Positions 39,537 to 50,810 of a stretch of DNA of 64,000 nucleotides are shown here, one piece after another (the first letter of the stretch is position 1; every line of letters begins with the position of its first letter). The position numbers and the translations under genes were made by a program. Under the pieces are notes generated by a model. That model worked only from the letters and a program-made list of their open reading frames with translations. It did no database searches and was not told where the DNA came from. Source of the DNA: an uncultured Poribacteria bacterium (GTDB taxonomy: Bacteria > Poribacteria > WGA-4E > WGA-3G); NCBI GenBank assembly GCA_951813565.1, contig OX638351.1:4717506-4781505 (forward strand), read 5' to 3'.

Positions 39537-42362
39537 TTATTTCGCGTCCATCCAATTATCCCCGATACCTGTTTCCGTGCGAAGTGGCACACGCAGTGTC
39601 AATGCGTTTTCCATTTCTTCTGATACAATTGCAGCTTGTGCTTCTGCCAATTCATTCGGTACTTCAAGAATAAGTTCATCATGGATTTGCAATAACATCT
39701 TCAAAGGCAACTGATCTTTGTCAATTCTGTGTTGGACTTTGACCATAGCGGCTTTTATCAAATCTGCTGCAGTGCCTTGAATAACAGTGTTAATAGCTAA
39801 CCGTTCCCCCAAACTTTGCCTGCTCTGGGAATGTTCAAAGATTTCAGGGATAGCACGGCGCCGACCCGTTAATGTAGCGACATAACCTTGCTCTAATGCT
39901 TGTTGAACGCAGTTTTGGAAAAACACGTTGATACCCGGAAACCGTTCTTTGTAATTTGTAATCAATTCCCTCGCTTCATCTATATTCATCCCCTGAATTC
40001 TGCGTGCTAATCCTGAGGGTGAAACACCGTAGATGATACCAAAATTGACGATCTTTGCTTTGTCTCTGAGTTCGCGGGATACGTCTTCTGGCGGCACCTT
40101 AAATACTTCTGATGCAACCGATGTATGAATATCTAAATCTTGTGTGAATATCTCCGTCAGTTTCGGATCTTCACTGAAATGTGCTAATACACGAAGTTCA
40201 ATCTGCGAATAATCTGCACAGATTAACTTATGCCCATCCGGTGCTATAAATGCGCGTCGCAACTGACGTCCGATTTCTGATCGGACGGGAATATTCTGTA
40301 GATTTGGACTGTCAGATTTTAATCTGCCGGTGGCTGTCGTCAATTGATAGAGGTGTGTGTGTATCCGTTTTGTCTGTTCATCAACTGAATGGCGCAGCTG
40401 CCCAAGATAGGTGCTTTGTAGATTACGGCATTGACGATATTCAATAATTAGACGCGGTACACACGTTTTCGGATTATTTATGTCCTCTTGTGCAGCAAGT
40501 GCTTCAAGAACATTTACATCGGTTGAATTTTTCCCAGTTTTGGTGCGTCTGACGGGTTTGAAACCGATGTCATCAAACAATATTTCTGCCAACCTGCTTG
40601 GTGAATCTATATTAAAGGAATAACCGACTAACTCGTGTATCTCTTTTTCGCGTTCATTCACGAGTTTTTCCACCACGCTGGTCTGCCTTTTCAATTCCTC
40701 AGTATCACATACGATACCGTTAAACTCCATCAAGGCAAGCACTGGACCCAGCGGGGATTCTATTTCTCTAACCAATTCATCGGTTTCGGTTTCCTCAAGT
40801 TTCGGTTTGAAATAGTGGTAGAGTTGAAGGACAATATCAGTATCCTCTGAAGCGTATTTTGTTACCACCTCAAAGGGAATTTTATCTATTGATGTGGAAT
40901 CTTCATCACCAATCAAGTCTGAAATCGGAATCATCTTATGGTTTAAGTGCAGTAGTGCGAGATTATCCAGATTATGTGAGGGTTGCCTTGGATCTACAAG
41001 TTGGCTTGCCAACATTGTATCAAAAACAACGCCGTTCAGTTGAACACCGTGCCGAATAAAGATACTTGCATCAAATTTCAGGTTGTGCCCACATTTTGGC
41101 AATTCCGGGTTTTCCAAAATCGGTTTGAGTTTGGAAATGACCGTTTCCTGATCCAAATGTTTTTCAGGATTAGATGAGCGGATAGGCACATAGACCCCTT
41201 GCTTCGGTTCCCATGAAAAACTTATACCGCACAAGGCAGAATTACGATACAAGCCATCTGTTTCTGTATCTACAGCGATAATCGGTTGTGTTTCAAGCGT
41301 TTCAACAAGGGATGCCAATTGCGCTTCCGTAGTAATAGCAGTGTAGTCGCCAGATTCTGCAGTTGTGTAATTTCCTTCTTCCAAGATGGCTTCTTTTTCC
41401 TGCTCCATCGCCTCCAATCGTTCTTTTCTGGTGGTTTGAACATCAGTTTTGACTTGATCGGATGTCGTGTTTCCTGCAGCAAGATCAGCGACAGGTTTTT
41501 GATAACGTTTGAGTTCCAGTTGTTCAAACAAAGGATTGATTATGCTGAGATCGGGCGGTTTGATGCGTGCTTGTTCCAGCGAGAAATCCAGTTCTGCATC
41601 ACGCTTAAGTGTTACGAGTTGTTGGGAAAGTGAAATATATTCTTGTGCTTTCTCTAAATTCTCACGCCGCTTGCCCTTAATCTGGTCTATATTCGCGTAG
41701 ATATTCTCAAGTGAACCAAACTCTTGGATCAACTTAGCAGCAGTTTTCAAACCGATTCCTTCAACCCCGGGCACATTGTCGGATGTGTCTCCCATTAAGG
41801 CGAGCGTATCAATAACCTGATCAGGCGTAATTCCTTTATCTTCCATAAGCGACGCAACATCAATTGTTTTTTCCTTGCGGATGTCAAACATTGTAACTCG
41901 GTCGCAGAGCAATTGCTCAAGGTCTTTGTCTTTAGAGATAATGCGGACATGGACATCTTGTGTATCAGGTGAATCCAATATGAGTTGTACAACAGAGGCA
42001 ATAATATCGTCTGCTTCAAGTTCCGGTTTACCCATCACAGGAATTTGAAAAGTTTCAAGTATCTGTTGAATGCGGGGGATCTGTGTAACAAGGTCGTCTG
42101 GTGGCGTCCTACGATGCCCTTTGTATTCCTCGTACATTTCGTTTCGGAAGGTGTCGCCAGGCATATCAATAGCAGCGACAACATATTGGGCTTTGTAATC
42201 GGATAATAGCTTGATAAGCGTCCCAACAAAGCCGAATATAGCATTGGTAGGTTCGCCTGTAACAGAACTCACCAATCTGGTTTGAATAGCATAATAGGAT
42301 CGAAAAATCTCAGCAAGTGTATCAATAATATAGAGCGTTTTTGGATTCTCGTTTGGTGTCAT
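39537..42362 (-). CDS. polA: DNA polymerase I
   Basis: 5'-3' exo (EADD, GD.SDN.PGV.GIG.KTA), 3'-5' exo (DTET), pol motifs TGRL, ADYSQIELR, K.VNFGIIYG, QIHDEL. Confidence 0.98.
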   Translation of the reverse strand: MTPNENPKTLYIIDTLAEIFRSYYAIQTRLVSSVTGEPTNAIFGFVGTLIKLLSDYKAQYVVAAIDMPGDTFRNEMYEEYKGHRRTPPDDLVTQIPRIQQILETFQIPVMGKPELEADDIIASVVQLILDSPDTQDVHVRIISKDKDLEQLLCDRVTMFDIRKEKTIDVASLMEDKGITPDQVIDTLALMGDTSDNVPGVEGIGLKTAAKLIQEFGSLENIYANIDQIKGKRRENLEKAQEYISLSQQLVTLKRDAELDFSLEQARIKPPDLSIINPLFEQLELKRYQKPVADLAAGNTTSDQVKTDVQTTRKERLEAMEQEKEAILEEGNYTTAESGDYTAITTEAQLASLVETLETQPIIAVDTETDGLYRNSALCGISFSWEPKQGVYVPIRSSNPEKHLDQETVISKLKPILENPELPKCGHNLKFDASIFIRHGVQLNGVVFDTMLASQLVDPRQPSHNLDNLALLHLNHKMIPISDLIGDEDSTSIDKIPFEVVTKYASEDTDIVLQLYHYFKPKLEETETDELVREIESPLGPVLALMEFNGIVCDTEELKRQTSVVEKLVNEREKEIHELVGYSFNIDSPSRLAEILFDDIGFKPVRRTKTGKNSTDVNVLEALAAQEDINNPKTCVPRLIIEYRQCRNLQSTYLGQLRHSVDEQTKRIHTHLYQLTTATGRLKSDSPNLQNIPVRSEIGRQLRRAFIAPDGHKLICADYSQIELRVLAHFSEDPKLTEIFTQDLDIHTSVASEVFKVPPEDVSRELRDKAKIVNFGIIYGVSPSGLARRIQGMNIDEARELITNYKERFPGINVFFQNCVQQALEQGYVATLTGRRRAIPEIFEHSQSRQSLGERLAINTVIQGTAADLIKAAMVKVQHRIDKDQLPLKMLLQIHDELILEVPNELAEAQAAIVSEEMENALTLRVPLRTETGIGDNWMDAK

Positions 42363-42452
42363 AAAATGTTTCCTTATGATTTATAGCAAAATTAAAACAA
42401 GTGGACTTCTACACTATAAATTAAAACGAAAAAACTTGTATTCTATTTCATT

Positions 42453-42953
42453 ATAGTGGATTTTACAATTAACTGGACATTGTCACTTGGCACGGACAAA
42501 GTGTTCTACAGTTTTATGGTGAAACCCATAATTATTTTTATACTTTGGTTCATGTGTGAACTTCAAACACACCATGAATGTCCGAGGCGACAAGTCATGG
42601 TGAATACCATACGCGTATTCGCCCAAGTGCGCTTGGCGTTGATTTGGCAATGAATTGCGCTTGGTGAATGCGCCAAATCAAGAAATCAACGGTATGAATC
42701 ATGGCGAATCATGTAGAATACCAAAAGCGTATTCTACCAAGCGCATTCGTCTTTATACCAAATTACCCTAAATCGTAGGGGCGGGTCTCTGTGCCCGCCC
42801 TTACCATCGGCAGTGAAAACAATACAATTCTCGTTAATTTGGTATTAGTCATTCAGCGGGTATGAATGCCTTATGGCATTCCCCGTATGGCATTCACATT
42901 AAACGCAGCAAACCTATAAAGAACTGTCCAAGTAATTTTAGATTTCACTATAA
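42453..42953. repeat. Composite MITE/REP cluster (TATAGTGGATTT..TTTCACTATA ends)
   Basis: Outer IR including ACTGGACA / TGTCCAAGT; internal blocks shared with 48985-49100 and 57150-57300. Confidence 0.65.
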
Positions 42954-43082
42954 TCAATAGAGCCATTCAGTTTTAGATTTTTCTTAACATTTTAGCATGG
43001 TCGCGAGCTGGAGCTCGTTCCTACAGGAAGAGGTTTTCGGTAGAAGAAAGAAATTACTGGAGAATTGAATGGCTCTGATGAG

Positions 43083-44156
43083 TCAAGATTTTGGATAATG
43101 CCATTTTCGTAGAGAATCAGATGCAGACAATCCTGCTTCTTGACCGAGGGCGAAGGCAGTCGCAATCAGGTTTCGCTCCCCAGAGATAATGTCTCCTGCA
43201 GCAAAAAGACCGGGAATCGGTTCACCGTTACTGTCTAACATCTGCATGTCCTCGTTGGCAATAATCAAACCCTCTTCATCTTTTTGGTAGTCCCATCCAT
43301 CCAAAAACTTAGTATTGGGAATTAAGCCTTCATCGACGAGGAAACCGTGAAAATATAACTCACTCCCATCAATCATCTCAAAACCGAGGAGATCAGTTTT
43401 TTCACCGATATGCCGCTTTATCTTTGTTTCAATAATATGGATGTTTCGCTCTTTAATCTGTTTGAGAATCGGAGGTGACATCCCGTGAGGTCGTCCATTT
43501 GTGAGGATAGTGATTTTATCAGTAAAATCTTGTGCCCCTATCGCTGCTTCATAGATATAGTCACCCACGCCGAGGAGGGCAAGATGTTCATTCACGTGCA
43601 AATGTCCATCGCAGCGGATGCAGACGTGCCAACCTTTCTTATTGCCAGCATAGCGAAACACGGTGGCGTACTGTTTATATAACCGTTCAGCATCGGGTTG
43701 AAACTCAATGTCGGGCCACTTATCGTCAAACCCCGAAGCAATAACGACGGTGCGAGATTTGAAATGTTCTATCTGCAGCGGGGAATCTTTCTTAAGAGTT
43801 GCTGTTGATGCCTCCAGTTCAAAAATACCTTTGTTTCGTGTTAGGCGGGTGAGGAGACCGTCCTTGATTTCAATGCCTGTTTTTCGGTGTTCTTCACCGA
43901 GCATGAACTGGACGACAGGGCGACTTTCCATCCACTTCATGAGTTCTTTGGCAAAGTGCGGTCCAATAATGCCGGGAAAAACCGGGGCATCCTCAATTTC
44001 AACCGACTTTGACCAATATGCTCTACCACGACTGAAACTTACCTTGCCGGAATGTAGCACCAACACATGCCGCATCTGGTGGCTTGCGGAAACCGCTGCT
44101 TGTGTGCCGGCAGGTCCGGCACCGATTACTGCCACATCGTAAATTGTTTCTACCAT
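43083..44156 (-). CDS. Thioredoxin-reductase-like FAD-dependent oxidoreductase
   Basis: GAGPAG, CxxC (HVCIRCDG), PGLFAAGD. Confidence 0.85.
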   Translation of the reverse strand: MVETIYDVAVIGAGPAGTQAAVSASHQMRHVLVLHSGKVSFSRGRAYWSKSVEIEDAPVFPGIIGPHFAKELMKWMESRPVVQFMLGEEHRKTGIEIKDGLLTRLTRNKGIFELEASTATLKKDSPLQIEHFKSRTVVIASGFDDKWPDIEFQPDAERLYKQYATVFRYAGNKKGWHVCIRCDGHLHVNEHLALLGVGDYIYEAAIGAQDFTDKITILTNGRPHGMSPPILKQIKERNIHIIETKIKRHIGEKTDLLGFEMIDGSELYFHGFLVDEGLIPNTKFLDGWDYQKDEEGLIIANEDMQMLDSNGEPIPGLFAAGDIISGERNLIATAFALGQEAGLSASDSLRKWHYPKS

Positions 44157-44225
44157 TTTTTGTTTCCCCTGAAACATTGCGTGTCAAAAATATGAATTGT
44201 CCAACTATAAAAACTACAATTTTGT

Positions 44226-45671
44226 TTACAATCCGTATTTTTTCCACCGTTCATTGACGAGTTCAATAATTTCGTCAGACATCTGAATTTCTGGGGGCCA
44301 TTCTCGGTGGTAACCTTCTTCTTCCCATTTCGTTGTGGCATCAATACCCATTTTTGATCCAGCACCGATAAGGGGTGCAGCGTGGTCAAGCACATCAACG
44401 GGACCCTCAACGATAGTAACATCACGTTTCGGGTCAACATTGCTTCCGACATAAAAAAGGACTTCCTCTACATTTTGAACATCAACGTCTTTGTCAACGA
44501 CAATAATAATTTTGCTGAACATCAGTTGCCCAAGTCCCCAAAAACTGTGCATAATCTTTTTAGCTTGGAAAGGATAACGTTTGTCTATTGAAATCAGGGC
44601 GAAGTTGTGAAATACACCAAATAGAGGCAGGTTCATATCAACAAGTTCAGGAAGTTGCGTTTTAATCAACGGCATAAAGATACGTTCGGTAGCCTTGCCC
44701 ATATAGCAATCTTCCATCGGCGGTTTGCCGACAATGATGGTTTGGTAGATCGGGTCTTTGCGGTGGGTAATAGCAGAGATACGGAAAACAGGATATTCCT
44801 CGGGCATGGAATAAAAGCCTGTATGGTCCCCAAACGGCCCTTCAATACAGGTTTCATCCGGTTCAATGAAACCTTCAATGATAATATCTGCATCGGCAGG
44901 CACCATCATATCAATCGTTTTTGCTGCCACCATCTCAACATTGGATTTTCGGAGGAATCCGGCAAACAGCAATTCATCAATCCCTGATGGAAGTGGTGCT
45001 GTGCCGATATAAGACATAATAGGGTCTCCGCCAATAGCAATTGCCACGGGCATCTGTTCCCCTGCTTGTTTATATTCCCGATGATGTGCTGCGCCATCGT
45101 GGTGAATCTGCCAATGCATGGCTAACGCATAAGGATTTAATTTCTGTAACCGATAGGTCCCAACGTTCCGTTGTCCAGTGTGTAAACTGTGCGTAAACAC
45201 TTGTGGTAATGTGATATATCTGTCGGCATCCATCGGCCAACATTTTATGAGTGGCAGCCTGTCCAATGAAGCGTCTTCGCCTGTTAGGACAACCTCTTGC
45301 GATGCGCCGCGTTTGACGGTTTTTGGTGGGAAGTTGGTGAGTTGTGATAGGATTCGGAGGATTTTGACTTTATCCAGAAGTGACTCAGGCGGACCTATTT
45401 TTATCATGCCTTCAATTTCGTAGGCAATGCGTGAAAGGTCATCTACACCGAGTGCCATTGCCATTCGCGTATAAGACCCGTAGGTATTGATGAGTAGTGG
45501 CATCTCACTACCTTCGACGTTTTCAAACAGCAGTGCTGGTCCACCTGCTTTGCTAATGCGGTCAGTGATTTCACTTATTTCAAGGTCGGGTGATACCTCT
45601 GTTTTAATACGTTTAAGTTCGCCTGCTCTATCAAGTGCCTTTACGAAATCTCTGAGACTGGAATATGCCAT
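44226..45671 (-). CDS. ubiD: UbiD-family (menaquinone biosynthesis-type) decarboxylase
   Basis: GPALLF, NVGTYR, EGPFGDHTGFY, GKPPMED, VD.DVD, KMGIDAT. Confidence 0.9.
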   Translation of the reverse strand: MAYSSLRDFVKALDRAGELKRIKTEVSPDLEISEITDRISKAGGPALLFENVEGSEMPLLINTYGSYTRMAMALGVDDLSRIAYEIEGMIKIGPPESLLDKVKILRILSQLTNFPPKTVKRGASQEVVLTGEDASLDRLPLIKCWPMDADRYITLPQVFTHSLHTGQRNVGTYRLQKLNPYALAMHWQIHHDGAAHHREYKQAGEQMPVAIAIGGDPIMSYIGTAPLPSGIDELLFAGFLRKSNVEMVAAKTIDMMVPADADIIIEGFIEPDETCIEGPFGDHTGFYSMPEEYPVFRISAITHRKDPIYQTIIVGKPPMEDCYMGKATERIFMPLIKTQLPELVDMNLPLFGVFHNFALISIDKRYPFQAKKIMHSFWGLGQLMFSKIIIVVDKDVDVQNVEEVLFYVGSNVDPKRDVTIVEGPVDVLDHAAPLIGAGSKMGIDATTKWEEEGYHREWPPEIQMSDEIIELVNERWKKYGL

Positions 45672-45817
45672 TTTTCAACCTTATGAAAGATATTTCACGG
45701 TCTATTTTATCACAAGGCTGGGTGAAATGCAACGACTTCTAACACCATCGTTGATGAATCGGTAGCTGGCATGGGGTAGTGAAGGAAGTGGAAAAGCCTT
45801 AAATTGCATCTGTAAGG

Positions 45818-47578
45818 TTATCTCTTTAAAATCTGTTTCAACCCTTCTTGATAGTTACGATTATTGGGTTCCAGTGCAATGGCTTTTCGGATAGCCACCT
45901 CGGCTGTGTGATAATCATCTTTCTGAAAGGCAATAAGGGCGAGCGTGTTATGATAACTTGCAACGTTCGGATTTAAGCGAATGGCAGTTTGAGCATACGA
46001 TGCAGCCGTTTTTAATTTTTCTCTACGTTTACTTTGTTTTTCATAAGTACTTGCGATCTTAGCATTGAGTTGAGCAAGGGCGTTATACGCTTTCGGCAAA
46101 CCCGATAAAAGATAGGCGGATTCGGCTTTATCAAAACTTTTCTGCTGTGCATGAAGTTCACCTATTAGATAGTACGTTTCGGGCAGAAACAAGGTTTTTG
46201 TAACCTGAGTCGGCCTGGAGACTTGGTAACTTTGTGCTATATCGACTGATTTTTGTAGTGTTGACAACGCATCTTCAGTTTTTTCTTGATGTGCATAGCA
46301 AACACCCAAATTGTGATATGCTTCTGCATTCTCTGGATTTAGTGTTATAGCTTTTTGATATGCTGAAGCTGCCTCTGCATACCGTTTTTGATTTAGCAAA
46401 ATTATGCCGATCTTTAGATGTGCCTCTAAAAACTGAGGATTCAACCTAACAGCCTGTCGGTAATTTTTAAGTGCGAGATCTACTCCGTTTTGCATAAGGT
46501 ATGCTAATCCGAGTCCAGCATAAGCTTCCGCGAAATCAGGTTGCAGTGCCAATGCTTTCTGTTGCGCCTCAATAGCATCTGAATACCTTTTAAGCATTGC
46601 ATAAGCAATTCCGATACCGTTATATGCCTCAATTCCTTGCAGATTGAGCGCGATTGCTTTTTCATATTCTTCAACCGCTTTTTTATACTGCTTATTTTTT
46701 AGATATAGCCTGCCGATGTTAGCGAGAATTCCGGCTCTTTGGGTTGGTTCAAGTGTGCGTTGCAATGCGCCGCGTAACTCCTGTATCGGTTTAACAACGA
46801 CTTTTTGTTTTTGGAACAGTTGCATCTTTTCGCGCGCAGCCTGTTTATTCCCATTTCGTCTATGGACTTGCGCAAGATTGTAGAGAGCTTCAATCAGTTC
46901 TGGGTCTTCCGAATAAGCGGTTTCATAGGCAGAGATAGCTTCTGTCAATCGATTCTCTTGTGTATAAAGTAAACCTAACTGATAGTGTGCTGATGCTAAG
47001 GTGGGGTCAATCGTGATTGCGTGCTGCTGATGTTTTATTGCTTCCGGGCGTTTTCCACGTTTGTTATAAATGTTCCCTAACCGGTGATGAATCATTGCAT
47101 CGTCAGGTTTTAGGTCATGTGCGGTTTTGTAGGCATTAAGTGCCTCATCGTAACGGTGCAGGCTTGCATACCCTGCACCTAAAGCTGCATGAATATGCGC
47201 CCACTCTGGCGCGTACTGAATAGCTTGCTGATATGCTTCAATTGCCTCATCAAACTTTTCCAATCCCGTATAAGCCAATCCTAATCCATAGTACGCTTCA
47301 GGGGACGCGGAATCCCGATTAGACATAGTGCTGACCGATGATATTACTTCACGATACTCGGCAACAGCTTGCATATAAGCCTCAACCTGAAGATAGACCT
47401 TCGCTAATTGCAACCGAATATCAACCCGTGTAGCATCTACAGCAAGTTGTTTCTGATAGGAATCAATCTGTGCTTTTAGCGTAGGGATTTCATCACTTTG
47501 AGACCGAACAGCAAGCAAGAGACAACATACTACGAAAATAAGCGCAATATGTTTCTGGAAGAAACTATACCGTTTCAT
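45818..47578 (-). CDS. Secreted multi-TPR protein
   Basis: Signal peptide; >10 TPR repeats. Confidence 0.9.
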   Translation of the reverse strand: MKRYSFFQKHIALIFVVCCLLLAVRSQSDEIPTLKAQIDSYQKQLAVDATRVDIRLQLAKVYLQVEAYMQAVAEYREVISSVSTMSNRDSASPEAYYGLGLAYTGLEKFDEAIEAYQQAIQYAPEWAHIHAALGAGYASLHRYDEALNAYKTAHDLKPDDAMIHHRLGNIYNKRGKRPEAIKHQQHAITIDPTLASAHYQLGLLYTQENRLTEAISAYETAYSEDPELIEALYNLAQVHRRNGNKQAAREKMQLFQKQKVVVKPIQELRGALQRTLEPTQRAGILANIGRLYLKNKQYKKAVEEYEKAIALNLQGIEAYNGIGIAYAMLKRYSDAIEAQQKALALQPDFAEAYAGLGLAYLMQNGVDLALKNYRQAVRLNPQFLEAHLKIGIILLNQKRYAEAASAYQKAITLNPENAEAYHNLGVCYAHQEKTEDALSTLQKSVDIAQSYQVSRPTQVTKTLFLPETYYLIGELHAQQKSFDKAESAYLLSGLPKAYNALAQLNAKIASTYEKQSKRREKLKTAASYAQTAIRLNPNVASYHNTLALIAFQKDDYHTAEVAIRKAIALEPNNRNYQEGLKQILKR

Positions 47579-47738
47579 AAGGCTTTCATTTGGACAATTT
47601 TAGTTAAAAGGGAGGCACTTCCTGATAGCTGAAAACGCCTCCCTTGGAATGAATATTTACAATGGCCGTTTATGGTGAACTTTGAAATTATTGGGACACA
47701 TTTTCTGTTCGAGCGATCTCCGAAGGCAGACTACGTGT

Positions 47739-48497
47739 TTAATTACTCTTAAGTGTTCCCCAGGTGACCGTGAGTTTTCCTTTGCTCTCAACAGGCAGTC
47801 CGTCAGCCGCAAGTTTTTTAATTTCGTCAGCACTTAGCGTCCGGTCATAAATCATGACTTCGTCAATTATACCTTTGAAATATCTGGCACCGCAGCATTC
47901 GTCCCATCCGAACTTTAAGTTCATCACTGTTTGCTCAATGTGGGGAATCTTATTTTCAGCGGAATCGAGTTTGCCATCTTCTCTGTGATAAATATAACTC
48001 GTCGCTTTATCGGGTTCAATTGCTATCGCGACTAATGCCCATTTATCTTGTGGAATATTAGGTGCCCCTTGCCAATTCCATGTCGTTGCGGCGTTATTAT
48101 TCCAAACATACGTCAAGGTGTTATTCGCAGCAACACCCAACCAGAAAGAAGCAGGATCACTTCGCCCCACAACAATACCAGACCAGTCGATCGTTTTCCA
48201 ACCATTGATTCGCGCAACCACCGTAATCGCGGTCGTAACCAACTTAAACTCGTTATCAACAACCGCATGAGCACCGGCGCCATCAAGTTCAAGAGCGCCA
48301 CCCATCCAACCGTCTTTGGTCCACTTTGCGCCTTGTTCCAAGGCAGCATCATGTCCATTGCCTGATTTATCTTTTCCATTACCATCCAGCGGCCAGTATC
48401 CAACAAGTCCATCACTCAGTCCCGCCGCAAAAGCAGCCACAGCCCAAAAACTAATGGTAACGACTAAAACCGTAATAACGCTCACTCTGTATTTCAC
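47739..48497 (-). CDS. Secreted LamG/concanavalin-like domain protein with C-terminal KLTVTWG tail
   Basis: 'GLVGYWPLDG..KD.SGNG', 'FKGIIDEV.IYDR.LS..EI'; tail PVESKGKLTVTWGTLK. Confidence 0.88.
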   Translation of the reverse strand: MKYRVSVITVLVVTISFWAVAAFAAGLSDGLVGYWPLDGNGKDKSGNGHDAALEQGAKWTKDGWMGGALELDGAGAHAVVDNEFKLVTTAITVVARINGWKTIDWSGIVVGRSDPASFWLGVAANNTLTYVWNNNAATTWNWQGAPNIPQDKWALVAIAIEPDKATSYIYHREDGKLDSAENKIPHIEQTVMNLKFGWDECCGARYFKGIIDEVMIYDRTLSADEIKKLAADGLPVESKGKLTVTWGTLKSN

Positions 48498-48630
48498 CTT
48501 TAACTCCTTTTATTGCTGATTGTATCAACCTCGATCTCCAGTGTGGATATATGAGATTTGATTTTGGTAGAGAAAACAGCGACAGATACTATCACACAAG
48601 CATCTCTATTAGCGCGTATATGGTGAACTT

Positions 48631-48744
48631 TATAGTAAAACCCACAATTACCTGGACATTGGCGAGGTTAGGAAACCTCGCCAGCGCGAGCGTGTAGGGA
48701 TTGTTGTTGATTGAAATGTGAACATATTTTCGGATTTTACTATA
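48631..48744. repeat. 114-bp MITE-like copy nested in another repeat (48619-48863)
   Basis: Near-identical to 26347-26460; flanks resemble 47671-47726. Confidence 0.8.
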
Positions 48745-48877
48745 AAATGGGACACATTTTCTGTCCGAGTGATCTCCGAATCGTGACCCAATCCACTGAT
48801 ACTTGGGAATCGGAGTTCCCTCGGACAACTGAAAATGTCGTGTTAATTCTAAAATTTACTATGCATGAATCAGTTAA

Positions 48878-49202
48878 CTGAGGGGTGCGCATAAATAATT
48901 CCGATGTTAAATATGCGCTTAAAGGTAATAGGCACACGCCGTGGGTTTCCGTCCACAAGTTCAAAGAGGCGCAGCATGCCACACGGGGAATGCCATAAGG
49001 CATTCGGACCCGGTGAATGACTAAAGACGAATGCGCTTTTGGCATTCGCCATGATTCATACCGTTGATTTCTTGATTTGGCGCATGCTGCGTTGATTTGG
49101 CAATGAATTGCGCGACTACAAACGCATTTCTATAAATCAAGCGGTGCCTGGCGTCTGTCCCTGTCTGTGTTGATGCGCCAAATATTTATGCACACCCCTC
49201 AG
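48878..49202. repeat. MITE-like element with 20-bp IR
   Basis: CTGAGGGGTGCGCATAAATA / TATTTATGCACACCCCTCAG (1 mismatch). Confidence 0.75.
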
Positions 49203-49206
49203 GTAA

Positions 49207-49869
49207 CTAACGATCCCTTTTGATACCTCCCCAGGTTGTTGCTAATTTATTCAGCGGTTCTACTGGGGTGCCATCTCCTTCAATATCATCACCAGAAACC
49301 GTGAAGTCATCAAAACTTACCCCAGTTTCCCATCCCCAGACACCGACTTGGCCAGCACCATATACAGCATCAGCAAATTCACCTTGTTCTTCGCCATCAA
49401 TTGAGAGTGCCATGATATCACTCCCAACGCTAACTTTCATGTCATGCCATTTGCCTCTTTCAATTGTGATGTTTTTTCCTGGCAGTTGACCGATATTGTC
49501 GCGGGCGGTCCAACCACCTGTTTTGTGCCGCCAGAGTTCTGTTTTGTTATCCGGCACATTAAAATAAAAGACATAGTATTCCATTTCGCTTTTTGCGCGG
49601 AATGCAATGCCTGCCCAATTACCTTCATCAATGCGAACTTTCGCTTCAATTGTGTAGTCTGTCCAAGCGACATCACCAACGAGGGAATGTTCCGCTGCGG
49701 CACCCTTATTAAGCTTATAGATGCCGTCTTCTACGCTCCAGTTTCCATTAGCAACCTTCCAGTCGTCTGCACCAGAGTCAAAAGTCCATAATTGTGCACC
49801 TGCGAAACTGTTAGAGACAGACACTGCTATGAAGCAAAATCCGATCATAATCAAAAATAAACGTTTCAT
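49207..49869 (-). CDS. Secreted DUF1080/ConA-like (3-keto-disaccharide hydrolase-like) protein
   Basis: Signal peptide; 'W.V.NG.W.VEDG', 'WTDYT', 'AGIAFR', 'G.VG.W', 'FDDF.V'; tail VEPLNKLATTWGGIK. Confidence 0.8.
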   Translation of the reverse strand: MKRLFLIMIGFCFIAVSVSNSFAGAQLWTFDSGADDWKVANGNWSVEDGIYKLNKGAAAEHSLVGDVAWTDYTIEAKVRIDEGNWAGIAFRAKSEMEYYVFYFNVPDNKTELWRHKTGGWTARDNIGQLPGKNITIERGKWHDMKVSVGSDIMALSIDGEEQGEFADAVYGAGQVGVWGWETGVSFDDFTVSGDDIEGDGTPVEPLNKLATTWGGIKRDR

Positions 49870-49967
49870 TAATTCTCCTTTTTATCCATATAAACCCAGA
49901 CTCGCGTTGGGTTATTTCAATGTGAAAAGCGCGCTGTCAAAGCGCGCCTCCAGTAATAAAGGGTTTC

Positions 49968-50651
49968 TCAACGAACCTGTTTGAGACGTCCCCATGTTGT
50001 TGTAAGTTTGTGGCTTGGGTCAACAGCGAGCGTATCCTCTATGTTATCACCGGAAACGGTGAAATCATCAAAACTTGCTCCAGTTTCCCATCCCCAAACC
50101 CCAACTTTGCCTTTATCATAAACATTATCCGTATCTTCGATCTGTTTTTCATCATTGATATACAGCGTAAATTTGTTGTCCTCAACGACTACCTTCACAT
50201 CAAGCCATTCATCGTTTGCAATTTTGACGCCTCCAATTGCAGGTGGCTGAGAAATGTTGTCACGTGCAGCCCAACCCCCGGCTTTGTGTCGCCACAGTTC
50301 AGATATATTGCTGGGAACATTCAAATAATAGACATAATATTCCATTTCGCTTTTGGCTCGGAATACAATACCTGCCCAATTTCCCTCATCAAGTCGGATT
50401 TTCGCCTGAATGGTATAGTCGTCCCAATCTTCTTCACCAATAAGCGAATGTTCAGCTTGACCACCCTTGCTAAGCTGGTAGACACCATCTTTGATTTGCC
50501 AATTGCCGTTAGCAACTTTCCAGTCCCCGTAATCTTTCTCAAAATCCCACAGTTGTGTCCCTGCGGATGCTGGAAAAGAAATCAGCACACTACAAAGAAT
50601 GAAAAGACCCAAAACGGCTAATTTCGTCAATACGCTATAATTTTTTAACAT
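49968..50651 (-). CDS. Secreted DUF1080/ConA-like protein, tandem paralog
   Basis: Shares FRAKSEMEYYV, ELWRHK, GVWGWETG with 49207-49869; tail VDPSHKLTTTWGRLK; RBS AAGGAG. Confidence 0.8.
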   Translation of the reverse strand: MLKNYSVLTKLAVLGLFILCSVLISFPASAGTQLWDFEKDYGDWKVANGNWQIKDGVYQLSKGGQAEHSLIGEEDWDDYTIQAKIRLDEGNWAGIVFRAKSEMEYYVYYLNVPSNISELWRHKAGGWAARDNISQPPAIGGVKIANDEWLDVKVVVEDNKFTLYINDEKQIEDTDNVYDKGKVGVWGWETGASFDDFTVSGDNIEDTLAVDPSHKLTTTWGRLKQVR

Positions 50652-50810
50652 TTTAACTCCTTTCTTTTTGTCAAATTCTACGATCTTAATATACATAAGA
50701 TATGAATTGAGTTTCACTTGGTGCGTCCTGTTCAATTATATCCTGTTGTAGTGCATGGTCCGCTTGCACAACGAGGAGACAAACATTGAAGTATTCTCCA
50801 ATGCAACAAC

